Below are positions 17,400 to 26,479 of a stretch of 47,085 nt of DNA, one piece after another. The notes below the pieces were generated by a model. That model was given only the letters and a program-made list of their open reading frames with translations, searched no databases and was not told where the DNA came from. Each line of letters begins with the position of its first letter. Position 1 is the stretch's first letter. The stretch is taken from sequence record SRR31156797_7717; one strand, 5' to 3'. The position numbers and the translations under genes were made by a program.

Positions 17400-18026
17400 T
17401 TAGGCCTTGCTCTCAAGACTGTTACCGTCTGCAGTTTCCTTGGTTTCTTCAGGAATCTGTGCAAGTTCGTCCCATGAAGTAAGTTCTCCGGCTTCTTTCG
17501 CGTCTTCCGCCCTCAAATCGTCAATCTTTTTAAGTACAGGTATAAATGGTCTTATCTTGGAGAAGCCATAGCGTACAATAATATAAGATAAAATAAAAAC
17601 AAAAGGATAGCCGAGGGAAAATTCGGTAAAGGGCACGGTGTGGATGTCGATGCCTGTGAACCTTGATTGCAGCCAAGCCATGGCAAAAGGTACGGGCCAG
17701 AGCGAAACCGCAAAAAGTGCGGCATGGGAAAAGAAAACTTTGCCGAAATATTCATTGGCCCATTTGTTGGCGGATTTGAAGGTGTCCTTCTGCTTATGGC
17801 GAATCGCTTCAATAGAAATATTGTTCATACGGGTCATTTCGCGGTTCAAGTCAGTGTAGTATTCCCTGTTCCAGATGTAGATCAGACTCATGGAGATTTC
17901 TCCGGCAATAGTACACCACAGGGCTATAACCGCAGTACCAAGCCAAAAAGCCGCAAGGGCAGGTAAACCAATGCGGTAAGGAGCTATAAGTAAGCTGTCT
18001 ATCATCGGATATATTGACTCAAACAT
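17400..18026 (-). CDS. Hypothetical membrane protein
   Basis: 208-aa ORF with several hydrophobic segments, co-oriented in the cluster. Confidence 0.75.
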   Translation of the reverse strand: MFESIYPMIDSLLIAPYRIGLPALAAFWLGTAVIALWCTIAGEISMSLIYIWNREYYTDLNREMTRMNNISIEAIRHKQKDTFKSANKWANEYFGKVFFSHAALFAVSLWPVPFAMAWLQSRFTGIDIHTVPFTEFSLGYPFVFILSYIIVRYGFSKIRPFIPVLKKIDDLRAEDAKEAGELTSWDELAQIPEETKETADGNSLESKA

Positions 18027-18055
18027 AAATTAAACCCCGTTTTGGATTACGAAGA

Positions 18056-18146
18056 GGCGAAGCCGAGTTAAAAAAGTTTGGAAGGGATGGGGTCTGGGGA
18101 AGGGAATTTTTTTCAAAAGTTTCCCTTCCCCAACCGCCGGAGGCAT
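18056..18146. repeat. REP-like intergenic palindromic element
   Basis: GGCGAAGCC mini-hairpin, GGGGTC, stem TGGGGAAGGGAA/TTCCCTTCCCCA, then CCGCCGGAGGCA; related copy near 35725-35795. Confidence 0.7.
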
Positions 18147-18150
18147 CAAT

Positions 18151-19311
18151 TTAGAACGGAGGCAGGAGGCTGTAGCCGAGGAATCCCTTGGACGAGTAAC
18201 GGATACCTACGTACAGAGCCAGTACGACGAAGAGTCGTTTGAGCCATACGTCCGGGATGTACTTGGAAGTACGGGGGCCGATGAAGGAACCCACGAGGAT
18301 ACCGAGCAGTTCTACGCCGATGAGGGGCCAGAATACGGGGGTATCTTTAACTACCATGTAGGTGAAGACGGAGGTGGTCATACCTACGAGTACTGCCAGA
18401 GCAGAGGTTCCTGCAACCAGATACATGGGCAGGCCGGCAACACTGGTCAGGAAAGGAACGAGCAGGAAGCCGCCGCCAACGCCGAGGAAGGAAGCGAGTG
18501 CTGCGATGATGAAACCACCAACAACGGGGATGAGGGGGTTGAAGGAGAACTCAACGCCGTAGAAGGTGAAGATACACTTGGTCGGAGCAAAGCTGACAAC
18601 CTTAACACCCATGGCTGCGGTATCAACTTTTCCGCCTTCTTTCTCTTCCTTGATGGAAGCTTCGAAAGCCTTTGCTGCTTCTTTAGCCTGCTTTTTGCCA
18701 GCCTGTCCTTTGGGAGTGGTTTCGTAGAACAGGTAGCAGCCCAGAGCGAGAACAAAGAGACCGAAGAATCCGATGTAGGATTTCAGGGAGATTTTACCGG
18801 CGGTAAGCCAGGGAACGAGATAGGAACCAGCAATGGAACCTGCGGCAAGGGAAAGACCCAGCGGCAGAACCAGACGGCCCATTTTATAGTAGTTGAAGGA
18901 GGACATTGCCGCGGAAGTACCAACCAGCCACTGGTTAGATACGCGGATTGAGTCGGTTACCAATTTGTTCATGACCGGAGAGGTCTTTTTGAAGGTAGAG
19001 GCGTAGTTACCGAAGCCGTAAATGGTGATGTGACCAACACCAGCCATGATGCCGCCGAATGCGCCAACGGTGGAGAAAATCCAACCTACCCAGATTGCCC
19101 ATACGAAGCCGATGACAAGGTTAACGCTGGGGCCGCCGGGGATTCCGAGGAAACCGGGAGCTAGTTCGGTGTTGATCTGGCCAGCGGCAGCTCCTTTGGG
19201 GGTTGCGCTGATGGCGTCTGCGAGGCGGTCTGCAAAGGCGGGCTGGATATAGGCCACCACTGCGAGTGCCGCGAGAGCCATGATCAAAAGGCTTTTGCGT
19301 GATTTAAACAT
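18151..19311 (-). CDS. Sulfite exporter TauE/SafE (TSUP) family protein
   Basis: AAGGAG RBS before ATG 19311; GAFGG and FLGVGGGFLLVP motifs, AGTS, multiple TMs. Confidence 0.9.
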   Translation of the reverse strand: MFKSRKSLLIMALAALAVVAYIQPAFADRLADAISATPKGAAAGQINTELAPGFLGIPGGPSVNLVIGFVWAIWVGWIFSTVGAFGGIMAGVGHITIYGFGNYASTFKKTSPVMNKLVTDSIRVSNQWLVGTSAAMSSFNYYKMGRLVLPLGLSLAAGSIAGSYLVPWLTAGKISLKSYIGFFGLFVLALGCYLFYETTPKGQAGKKQAKEAAKAFEASIKEEKEGGKVDTAAMGVKVVSFAPTKCIFTFYGVEFSFNPLIPVVGGFIIAALASFLGVGGGFLLVPFLTSVAGLPMYLVAGTSALAVLVGMTTSVFTYMVVKDTPVFWPLIGVELLGILVGSFIGPRTSKYIPDVWLKRLFVVLALYVGIRYSSKGFLGYSLLPPF

Positions 19312-19476
19312 AGTGTATCTCCTTGATCGAAAGTTGGTTTTGCTGTGTCTGTCTTCTGCTTCCTTACCGACTGTTGCAGCAGCCGGAGACCCTTTCAGAT
19401 TCAGATTGAACAGGAACAGCGCCTTCATTCCTATTTATGCGATCCCCGGACATTGCAGTGCCCGGGGATTGCTTTT

Positions 19477-20253
19477 TTATTTTTTTTCTTTCTTAAAAAT
19501 GATCAGCGGACAGTTTTTGCAGATGTCTTGACCGGGGAAGCCGTCGCCGGGTTTGGTGATAGCGGAGCTTGCCAGTTCAATACGGTCACAGAGTCTCTGT
19601 ACAACTTTTTTGAATTTCTTGCCGGGGATCATGACGTTGATTTCGCCACGCTCGGTTTTACCTGCGTTGTAGCTGCCGGAACATGCAGGAACCATGTTGA
19701 ATTCCTGCTCCATGTAAGAAAATACGTTACCTGCGCAGGCGGAGGAGTTCATGGTGATGTTCGGACGGAGGGGATGGGTGTCAGTAGCTGCTGCGTAATC
19801 AACTGCCAGGTGGTAGGCCTGCATGTTGTCGCAATAGAAGTGAACTGTGTCTGGTTCGAAAATACCGTCGATAGAACCGAGAGGAGCTACGGCAATGCCG
19901 AGCAGTCCTTCGGGGAGGCGGGGTTTGCTTTTTACGAATTTTTCTGCCTGCTCCATGTCTACAACATATTTAGCATGGCCCTTGATTTCGTTCTCATCCA
20001 GTTCCTTCCACGCAAAAGCGTAAACAGCGTTACCGCATCCAAGTCCATCACGATCGGAATATACGGTCTGGCCTTTCATGCGCGCAGCGATTTCCCACTG
20101 GCAGAAAGTCATGGCTTTAAGGGGAACGTGGAATTCCGCATTTTCCTTGAAGTGGTCAACTTCAGCCTGATCGAAGAAATATTTAACAGCTACAGGGTAA
20201 TGGTAAAGCCTCATTTCCTTCATCAGCAGTTCTTGAATCTCTTTGTAAGTCAT
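19477..20253 (-). CDS. DUF169 family Cys-rich protein
   Basis: GGAGG RBS; YPVAVK, FCQ..AAR..G, C..A..AF, SAC, C.GS pattern; C-terminal CKNC. Confidence 0.8.
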   Translation of the reverse strand: MTYKEIQELLMKEMRLYHYPVAVKYFFDQAEVDHFKENAEFHVPLKAMTFCQWEIAARMKGQTVYSDRDGLGCGNAVYAFAWKELDENEIKGHAKYVVDMEQAEKFVKSKPRLPEGLLGIAVAPLGSIDGIFEPDTVHFYCDNMQAYHLAVDYAAATDTHPLRPNITMNSSACAGNVFSYMEQEFNMVPACSGSYNAGKTERGEINVMIPGKKFKKVVQRLCDRIELASSAITKPGDGFPGQDICKNCPLIIFKKEKK

Positions 20254-20345
20254 GGTGACCTCCTCACTTCCTTCTTATCTAGGTTTAAATAATGATTGTG
20301 CTGTGATTGTTGGTTAGTTTTTCAACTTACACCCTTTTTATGGGT

Positions 20346-20458
20346 CTGTGAAAAAATAAACAAACTTTTTTGGAATAAAGAAAAAAGTAACATTTTTTCA
20401 CATTAAAAACACTTGATCTGCGCGTGTTCATTGGTGTTTTTTGTGAAAAAAATAACAA
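20346..20458. promoter_or_regulatory. Cluster of Rex-like boxes upstream of the DUF169-TauE operon
   Basis: CTGTGAAAAAATAAACAA (20346), AGTAACATTTTTTCACAT (20386), TTGTGAAAAAAATAACAA (20441) versus consensus TTGTGAANNNNTTCACAA. Confidence 0.5.
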
Positions 20459-20622
20459 TATATTTATTAAAGTCATTAATAATAGTAAGTTGATTGATTT
20501 GTGTGGGTAGAGATGTCTTTTGCTTAATTTGACTTTTGTTCATGGTCTATATGTTCTGATTTGCGGTTGTTCATATTCTCACCTTTTTAAAAGTGGGTTT
20601 TTGATGGGCTTGTGAAATTAAT

Positions 20623-20678
20623 TGGTTGACAAGGAAACCATTTTGGGGGATTTTTAATTATAGTTGACTAGGAAACTA
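20623..20678. promoter_or_regulatory. Tandem MarR-type operators
   Basis: Two 18-bp imperfect palindromes TGGTTGACAAGGAAACCA (20623) and TAGTTGACTAGGAAACTA (20661); the first contains TTGACA. Confidence 0.7.
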
Positions 20679-20690
20679 AATGGAGAAGTG

Positions 20691-21107
20691 ATGTCTAATG
20701 CAAATAGAATGGTGATTGAATTGCTCCGGCTAGGGGCTTATCTGCAGCGTGAGGGAGCACGTCTTACTCGCGAATTCGGGCTGGCACAGCAGCAGTTTGT
20801 GGTGCTGGTAGCTATTAAAGAACAAGGTCCTGTTTCGCAGAAAGCGATTCTTTCGGACCTCCTCTACGAGAAATCCAACGTGTCCAAGTCAATTTCCCGC
20901 CTTTCCTCTCTCGGATTGATTCAGACTTGCAGGTCTGAGAAGGACTCCCGTGTTGTTCTATGTGAGGTGACAGACGAAGGAAGGGAGGTTGTTGAGCAGT
21001 GCATGGTTAAAATGAAGGCTTCAAATGAAAAATGGCTGCAACATATTCCTGGCTATGAACTGGAGCGTGTGGTGAAGGTTTTAGCTTCCATCCGTCCCAT
21101 GGAGTAA
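20691..21107 (+). CDS. MarR family transcriptional regulator
   Basis: GGAG RBS; LAQQQFVVL, KSNVSKSISRL, DSRVVLCEVTDEG winged helix. Confidence 0.9.
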   Translation: MSNANRMVIELLRLGAYLQREGARLTREFGLAQQQFVVLVAIKEQGPVSQKAILSDLLYEKSNVSKSISRLSSLGLIQTCRSEKDSRVVLCEVTDEGREVVEQCMVKMKASNEKWLQHIPGYELERVVKVLASIRPME

Positions 21108-21117
21108 AGGAGGACTT

Positions 21118-21453
21118 ATGAAGTGGTTTCTTTTGGTGTGTCTGGTAATGTTTTCTGTAATCCCGGCATTTGGAGGAGATATGGATAAGAATTCAAAGAG
21201 AACTTTCGTCTACTATTATTTAATGGATGGTAACCCAGAGGCGATCGGCGAGGCTGTGCCTGCACATGTTGAATACTGGGAGTCCTGTAATCTGGATGGA
21301 TATCAGGGTGGTCCATTTGCGGATGGTTCCGGCGGTATGATTATCTTTGAGGCAGAAGGTGAAGATTTGGCAGGTAAAATTGTAGCCGCAGACCCTTTTG
21401 TGATCAAGGGGTTCATTTCTGATTCACGGTTAAAGGAATGGATACTGAAGTAA
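21118..21453 (+). CDS. YciI family protein with signal peptide
   Basis: AHVEYW, GGPFADGSGGMIIF, DPFV motifs. Confidence 0.8.
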   Translation: MKWFLLVCLVMFSVIPAFGGDMDKNSKRTFVYYYLMDGNPEAIGEAVPAHVEYWESCNLDGYQGGPFADGSGGMIIFEAEGEDLAGKIVAADPFVIKGFISDSRLKEWILK

Positions 21454-21526
21454 ATCGGTGCTATGTTGCAGCCATCATTAATATTTACAGCATCAGGCGG
21501 ATAGCTGTCCGGGTAAGGAGCTGATA

Positions 21527-22279
21527 ATGGCCAAATACAGAATTCACCCTATAGTTGTAGGCACAAAAAGATTCGACAAGGGTATGATGACCTACCAACA
21601 TGATTACGGTCAGCCGTATATAATTCCTATTTACAGCTGGTATCTGGAGGGTGGTGATAAGAAAATTCTTGTTGATACCGGCGAAATGCAGCCCATCATT
21701 TCTGAAGACCGCGAAGCCGATCTGGGTGGCAAGATTCATACTTTCGAAGATGGTCTGGCAAGATTCGGCCTGAAGCCCGAGGATATCGACATTGTTATCC
21801 ATACTCATCTACATAACGATCACTGCGAGAATGATTACAAGTGCGTGAATGCTAAATTTTACGTGCACCGCAAGGAGCTGGATCACGTACATGACCCGCA
21901 TCCGCTGGATTTTCGTTATCTGGAAGATTATGTGGAGGATGTGGAAGATGCCGGACAGGTAGTTGCTGTTGACGGTGATTACGAGGTGGTCCCCGGTATC
22001 CGGATGATGCATACTCCGGCCCATACTCCGGGCGGTATGACTATTTTGATCGACACCGAAGGCGGGCTGGCAGCTATTACCGGGTTCTGCGTGATTATGG
22101 AGAATTTCAATCCTCCGCCGGAAGTAAGGGGTATGGAAATGGATGTTATTCCTCCTGGAACTTCGGTTAATACTTATGATGCTTATGACATCATGCTTAA
22201 AGTCAAGGATATGGCTGACATTCTTATTCCGTTGCATGAGCCTGTTTTTGCCAAGGTTGATGTGGTGGAGGGGACTTAA
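21527..22279 (+). CDS. N-acyl homoserine lactonase-family metallo-beta-lactamase-fold hydrolase
   Basis: ILVDTG, THLHNDH (HxHxDH), TPAHTPG, IPLHE. Confidence 0.85.
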   Translation: MAKYRIHPIVVGTKRFDKGMMTYQHDYGQPYIIPIYSWYLEGGDKKILVDTGEMQPIISEDREADLGGKIHTFEDGLARFGLKPEDIDIVIHTHLHNDHCENDYKCVNAKFYVHRKELDHVHDPHPLDFRYLEDYVEDVEDAGQVVAVDGDYEVVPGIRMMHTPAHTPGGMTILIDTEGGLAAITGFCVIMENFNPPPEVRGMEMDVIPPGTSVNTYDAYDIMLKVKDMADILIPLHEPVFAKVDVVEGT

Positions 22280-22708
22280 AAGTCCGCTGTAATGATTCGC
22301 CAATTAAATTGAGCCCGTATAATTTACGGAAAAACGATTTTTGGTGACCTTGTTGCAGGTTAATCGCTAATCTTGCTGATGTTATTTTGAATCGTGAAAT
22401 TGCAAACAGTTGTGGTTACGGGATTTTTAAAAGGGAACTGGTAATTCATGCTGAAATAATTTAGGTATTAAAGTGCTAAAATTATTATGAGTGCCCACTG
22501 TTATCCCGAGGGGGCCGGATTCAGTATTCATTTTGTTACTTGGTTTTGTAGTCATCAAATATTTAATCTTATTTTTTGACAGACCAGTGGTAACGGGCGG
22601 GCTGGATTCGGAACGGGTTTAAAGACAGGGTATTTGTAAAGTGTGTGGTTGTGGAAAGATTTTGTGTCTTTCTGTTGTATTGGTTCTATTTTCTTTGGAG
22701 GTATTGAG

Positions 22709-24451
22709 GTGAACTCACTAGTTGTCGCCGGTCTTTGCTTTGTGGGGTATATTGTTGCGTATCATACGTACGGCAAATTTTTGGCAAAAAAAATTTTTCA
22801 GGTTGATGAGAACAAGGTTTGTCCCAGTTGTGAGCTTGAGGACGGAAAAGATTTTGTACCTACTAAAAAAGAAGTGCTTTTCGGGCATCATTTTACTTCT
22901 ATTGCCGGCCTCGGTCCCATCGTAGGTCCTGCAATTGCTATTATCTGGGGTTGGGTTCCCGCTGTTCTTTGGGTTTTCTTCGGGGCCATCTTCATGGGTG
23001 CTGTTCATGATTTTGGTTCCCTTGTGGTCAGTTTGCGTAATCAGGGCCGTTCTGTCGGTGATATCGCATCCGGGCTGCTCAACCATCGTGTGCGTTCCCT
23101 GTTCCTGATCATCATCTTTTTTGAGTTGTTGATCGTTATCGCCGTGTTCGCGTTGGTTATCGCAATCCTTTTTAATATGTACCCCGCAGCAGTTATTCCG
23201 GTCTGGAGTGAGGTGCCCATCGCCATCGGTCTTGGCTGGCTTATGTATAAAAAAGGTGCAAACCATACTATCTGGTCCATCCTTGCCCTGCTGGCAATGT
23301 ACGCATTTGTTGTGGTCGGTGTTTACCTGCCCTTCAAGATGCCCGCTATCGCAGGCATGAACCCCATCGTAGTCTGGACAGTGATTATGCTGGTTTACGC
23401 ATTTATCGCATCCATCCTTCCGGTTACCACCCTGTTGCAGCCCCGTGATTATATTAACGGTCACCAGCTCTTCGTAGCACTTATCCTGCTGGTAATCGGT
23501 GCTGTTGTGGCTCACCCCACATTTGTGGCTCCGGCTTTGGATCTTGCTCCGCAGGGTGCACCGCCGATGTTGCCCTTCCTGTTTGTTATCATCGCCTGCG
23601 GTGCAATTTCCGGTTTTCACTCGCTGGTAAGTTCCGGTACTTCTGCCAAGCAGTGCGAGACCGAGCGCGATTCACGCATGATTGGTTACGGTTCCATGCT
23701 TATGGAAGCAGCCCTGTCTATTCTCGTTATCGTTGCTGTTGGTGCCGGACTTGGACTTGGCAAGCATACTGCTGACGGTCAGCTCTTGACCGGAACCGCA
23801 GCCTTCACCAACCATTATGCATCATGGGCTTCCGCTGCCGGACTCGGCGCCAAGCTCGGCGCGTTTGTTGAAGGTTCCGCAAACCTTATGGCCAGTTACG
23901 GCATCCCTGCTAATATCGCTCTCGCAATCATGGGCGTATTTCTGGTCAGTTTTGCAGCCACTACCCTTGATAGTGCAACCCGTATTCAGCGTTACGTAGT
24001 TGGCGAATTGGCACAGGCATACAAGATGCCTGCCCTGTCAGGTGCAATTCCCGCAACTCTGATCGCAGTTGGTACTGCTGCTGTGCTTTGTTTTAACGGT
24101 GGCTTTTCCATCGGCGCACTTAAGCAGGGAGCACTGGCTCTCTGGCCTCTGTTCGGTACCGTAAATCAGCTGCTGGCCGCATTGGCTCTGCTGATCATCA
24201 CTGTCTACCTTGCCCGCAAGAAGGTTAAAGCAGTCTATACCGGTATTCCCATGGTATTCATGATTGCCATGACCGGTTGGGCTATGGTTTACAACCTTCA
24301 GAAATTCTACACAGGCGGTAAATGGCTGCTCTTCGTCGTCGGCCTGATCGTCTTCGTACTCGAAATCTGGATGATTGCTGAAACCTATCTGATTATGAAG
24401 AAGGTTTACGGCGGAGAAGACGATGCGTCTGGGGCTGCTGATAGCGCTTAG
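22709..24451 (+). CDS. cstA: Carbon starvation protein A (peptide/pyruvate transporter)
   Basis: GGAGG RBS before GTG 22709; DGKDFVP, GHHFTSIAG.GPIVGP, LLQPRDY, IACGAISGFH, WPLFGTVNQLLA. Confidence 0.95.
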   Translation: MNSLVVAGLCFVGYIVAYHTYGKFLAKKIFQVDENKVCPSCELEDGKDFVPTKKEVLFGHHFTSIAGLGPIVGPAIAIIWGWVPAVLWVFFGAIFMGAVHDFGSLVVSLRNQGRSVGDIASGLLNHRVRSLFLIIIFFELLIVIAVFALVIAILFNMYPAAVIPVWSEVPIAIGLGWLMYKKGANHTIWSILALLAMYAFVVVGVYLPFKMPAIAGMNPIVVWTVIMLVYAFIASILPVTTLLQPRDYINGHQLFVALILLVIGAVVAHPTFVAPALDLAPQGAPPMLPFLFVIIACGAISGFHSLVSSGTSAKQCETERDSRMIGYGSMLMEAALSILVIVAVGAGLGLGKHTADGQLLTGTAAFTNHYASWASAAGLGAKLGAFVEGSANLMASYGIPANIALAIMGVFLVSFAATTLDSATRIQRYVVGELAQAYKMPALSGAIPATLIAVGTAAVLCFNGGFSIGALKQGALALWPLFGTVNQLLAALALLIITVYLARKKVKAVYTGIPMVFMIAMTGWAMVYNLQKFYTGGKWLLFVVGLIVFVLEIWMIAETYLIMKKVYGGEDDASGAADSA

Positions 24452-24480
24452 CGTATCTTTCGTATATTAGGAATGAAGAA

Positions 24481-24514
24481 GCCCCCGGCAGCCTTTGGTT
24501 GTCGGGGGTGTTTT
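24481..24514 (+). terminator. Intrinsic terminator of cstA
   Basis: CCCCCGGCAGCC-TTT-GGTTGTCGGGGG then GTTTT. Confidence 0.7.
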
Positions 24515-24601
24515 CTGTTGATGGGTTGTATACATAATTTTTAAGAGAAGCTAAGATAGTAAGCGCAAGATTCCGACAACACATGTACAAGGACGGAAGT
24601 C

Positions 24602-25222
24602 ATGAAGCTCCAAGATAGGGTTACGGACATAATCATTAATGAATCAGGGATCATCTGGAACTGGAATGCCAAGCATATTCTTACGGATAAATTTCGGATG
24701 CTGGAGTTCGGTAAATTACTGTTGGCTGTATTGGTGATGTTTATCGTTTTGATGGTCAGTATCGTAGTTGCTGTTGATGGAGGGGTGAGGGAAATTCAGA
24801 CTGCACTGTATATTTCTATTGCGGCTATTGGGGGATTTGCGGTGCTGATTTTTGTGGCCCTTGCCTTGGTGGGACATGTCTTTAGTTACCAGTTTGGGAT
24901 ATCGGATAAGTCAGTTTATTCGAGGATGTTTACAGGAAAGATGAAAGATGCAGCAACAGCGATAACAGTTTTGGGGGCTATGATGGAAAATCCCCAAGCC
25001 ATGGGACAGGGGATGCTGGCTAAATCTGATGAGTATATTGAAATCAGTTTTGCAGAAATGAAGAAGATCAGTTGGTATCCTGATGACTATGTAATAAGAT
25101 TTAAGGGACCGTGGTACAGCAAGCCTTTTTTTATGGATTGTCCGCCGCATCTTTATGATAAAATCGAAGCAAAAATCCGGGTCGGACTTAAGGCTGCGCG
25201 CAATGAGAATTTTTCCGGTTAA
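24602..25222 (+). CDS. Hypothetical membrane protein
   Basis: 206-aa ORF with two TMs and a soluble C-terminal domain. Confidence 0.7.
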   Translation: MKLQDRVTDIIINESGIIWNWNAKHILTDKFRMLEFGKLLLAVLVMFIVLMVSIVVAVDGGVREIQTALYISIAAIGGFAVLIFVALALVGHVFSYQFGISDKSVYSRMFTGKMKDAATAITVLGAMMENPQAMGQGMLAKSDEYIEISFAEMKKISWYPDDYVIRFKGPWYSKPFFMDCPPHLYDKIEAKIRVGLKAARNENFSG

Positions 25223-25410
25223 TTAAATTGCGTAACATTTATTTACAATTCCAAACTTGACACAACCTCCGCCTTCATTCATTCCTGCAAACGGCAGGCA
25301 CGGCTTTTCGTAAATTTATTCCTGCTCGTATAAGTCCCTCTAAGGAAAGCCGAATAGGTCCAGTAAAATATTTCATTTAAGTACCTTACCAATAAACAAC
25401 CATTTATATC

Positions 25411-26403
25411 ATGACCGTAATGATCACCGGGGCAACCGGATTGATTGGGTCCCGTCTTGTTAAAATTCTTGCTGATAAGGGATTCCATATTAAGGCCCTT
25501 GTCCGCAATACGGACAGGGCGCAGCAGCTTATTAAAGAACCTGTAGAATTTGTAAGCGGAGATTTGAATAACGAGGCCGCGCTAGAAGAGGCTTTGCAGG
25601 GCTGTAAATATCTTTTTCATCTTGCGGCTGATTACCGTCTCTGGGTTCCGGACCCGGAAGCCATGACTCGTACTAATGTCGAAGGTACTCGTTTGCTCAT
25701 GCAGAAGGCTCTTGAAGCCGGGGTGGAGCGTATAGTTTATACTTCCAGCGTTTGTGTGCTGGGCTGTAATGCTGATGGAAGCCCTGCTAACGAGGATGCT
25801 GTATCAACAGTGGCAGATATGATTAGCCCGTACAAGAAATCTAAGTTTCTGGCTGAGAAAGTGGTCATGGACATGGTCCGAGACGAGGGGCTTCCGGCTG
25901 TAATTGTGAATCCATCAACTCCGGTAGGTCCGGGGGATTCGCGGCCTACTCCTACCGGAACCATGGTGCTCAATGCCGCCCGTGACGGCGGAATGTTTTA
26001 TGCTGATACCGGACTCAATGTGGCTCATGTGGATGATATTGCCTATGGCCATCTGCTGGCTTTGGAGAAGGGTAAGGTCGGGCGCAGGTACATCCTTGGT
26101 GGGGAGAATCTCAGTCTTAAAGATCTTTTTGCAATGACCGCGCAGATTACACACAAGCCCGGTCCGAGGTTTAAGGTCCCGCAGTTGGTTATGTATTTCG
26201 CTGGATTCACCGGGGAAGTCTTGGCAAGATTGGGCTTAATTAAAAATCCAGTGGCGACCATGGACAGTGTGCGCATGGCATCGAAAAAGATGTATTACAA
26301 TTCTGACCGGGCGGAGAAAGAATTGGGGTACACCCATCGTCCGGCTTTGGAAGCTGTTCAGGATGCGGTTTGCTGGTTTAAGGATCAGCAGATGTTGAAT
26401 TAG
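25411..26403 (+). CDS. hpnA: Hopanoid-associated sugar epimerase (extended SDR)
   Basis: TGATGLIG, HLAADYRLWVPDP, YKKSK, VNPSTPVGP.D..PTPTG, DTGLN.AHVDD. Confidence 0.85.
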   Translation: MTVMITGATGLIGSRLVKILADKGFHIKALVRNTDRAQQLIKEPVEFVSGDLNNEAALEEALQGCKYLFHLAADYRLWVPDPEAMTRTNVEGTRLLMQKALEAGVERIVYTSSVCVLGCNADGSPANEDAVSTVADMISPYKKSKFLAEKVVMDMVRDEGLPAVIVNPSTPVGPGDSRPTPTGTMVLNAARDGGMFYADTGLNVAHVDDIAYGHLLALEKGKVGRRYILGGENLSLKDLFAMTAQITHKPGPRFKVPQLVMYFAGFTGEVLARLGLIKNPVATMDSVRMASKKMYYNSDRAEKELGYTHRPALEAVQDAVCWFKDQQMLN

Positions 26404-26425
26404 GATATTTATTGCTTTTCAATTT

Positions 26426-26461
26426 AAAGCCCCTGGCAACCCAATGGTTGCCGGGGGCTTT
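26426..26461. terminator. Bidirectional terminator between hpnA and MCP
   Basis: AAAGCCCCTGGCAACC-CAAT-GGTTGCCGGGGGCTTT. Confidence 0.75.
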
Positions 26462-26479
26462 GTTTGTGGGTTTTTTGAA

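Noticed and set aside
19355-19375. Minus-strand GTCGGTAAGGAAGCAG resembling the SRP RNA core
   Set aside because: Lacks CAGGTCCGGAAGG and the long enclosing stem.
19345-20292. Long antisense ORF (also 1180-1947, 2473-3336, 14770-15540, 22718-23620, 42125-42808)
   Set aside because: Shadows of well-supported opposite-strand genes; no motifs of their own.
24481-26461. Similar hairpins at 24481 and 26426 as ends of a mobile element
   Set aside because: Both sit just after stop codons as ordinary terminators; no transposase or target duplication.
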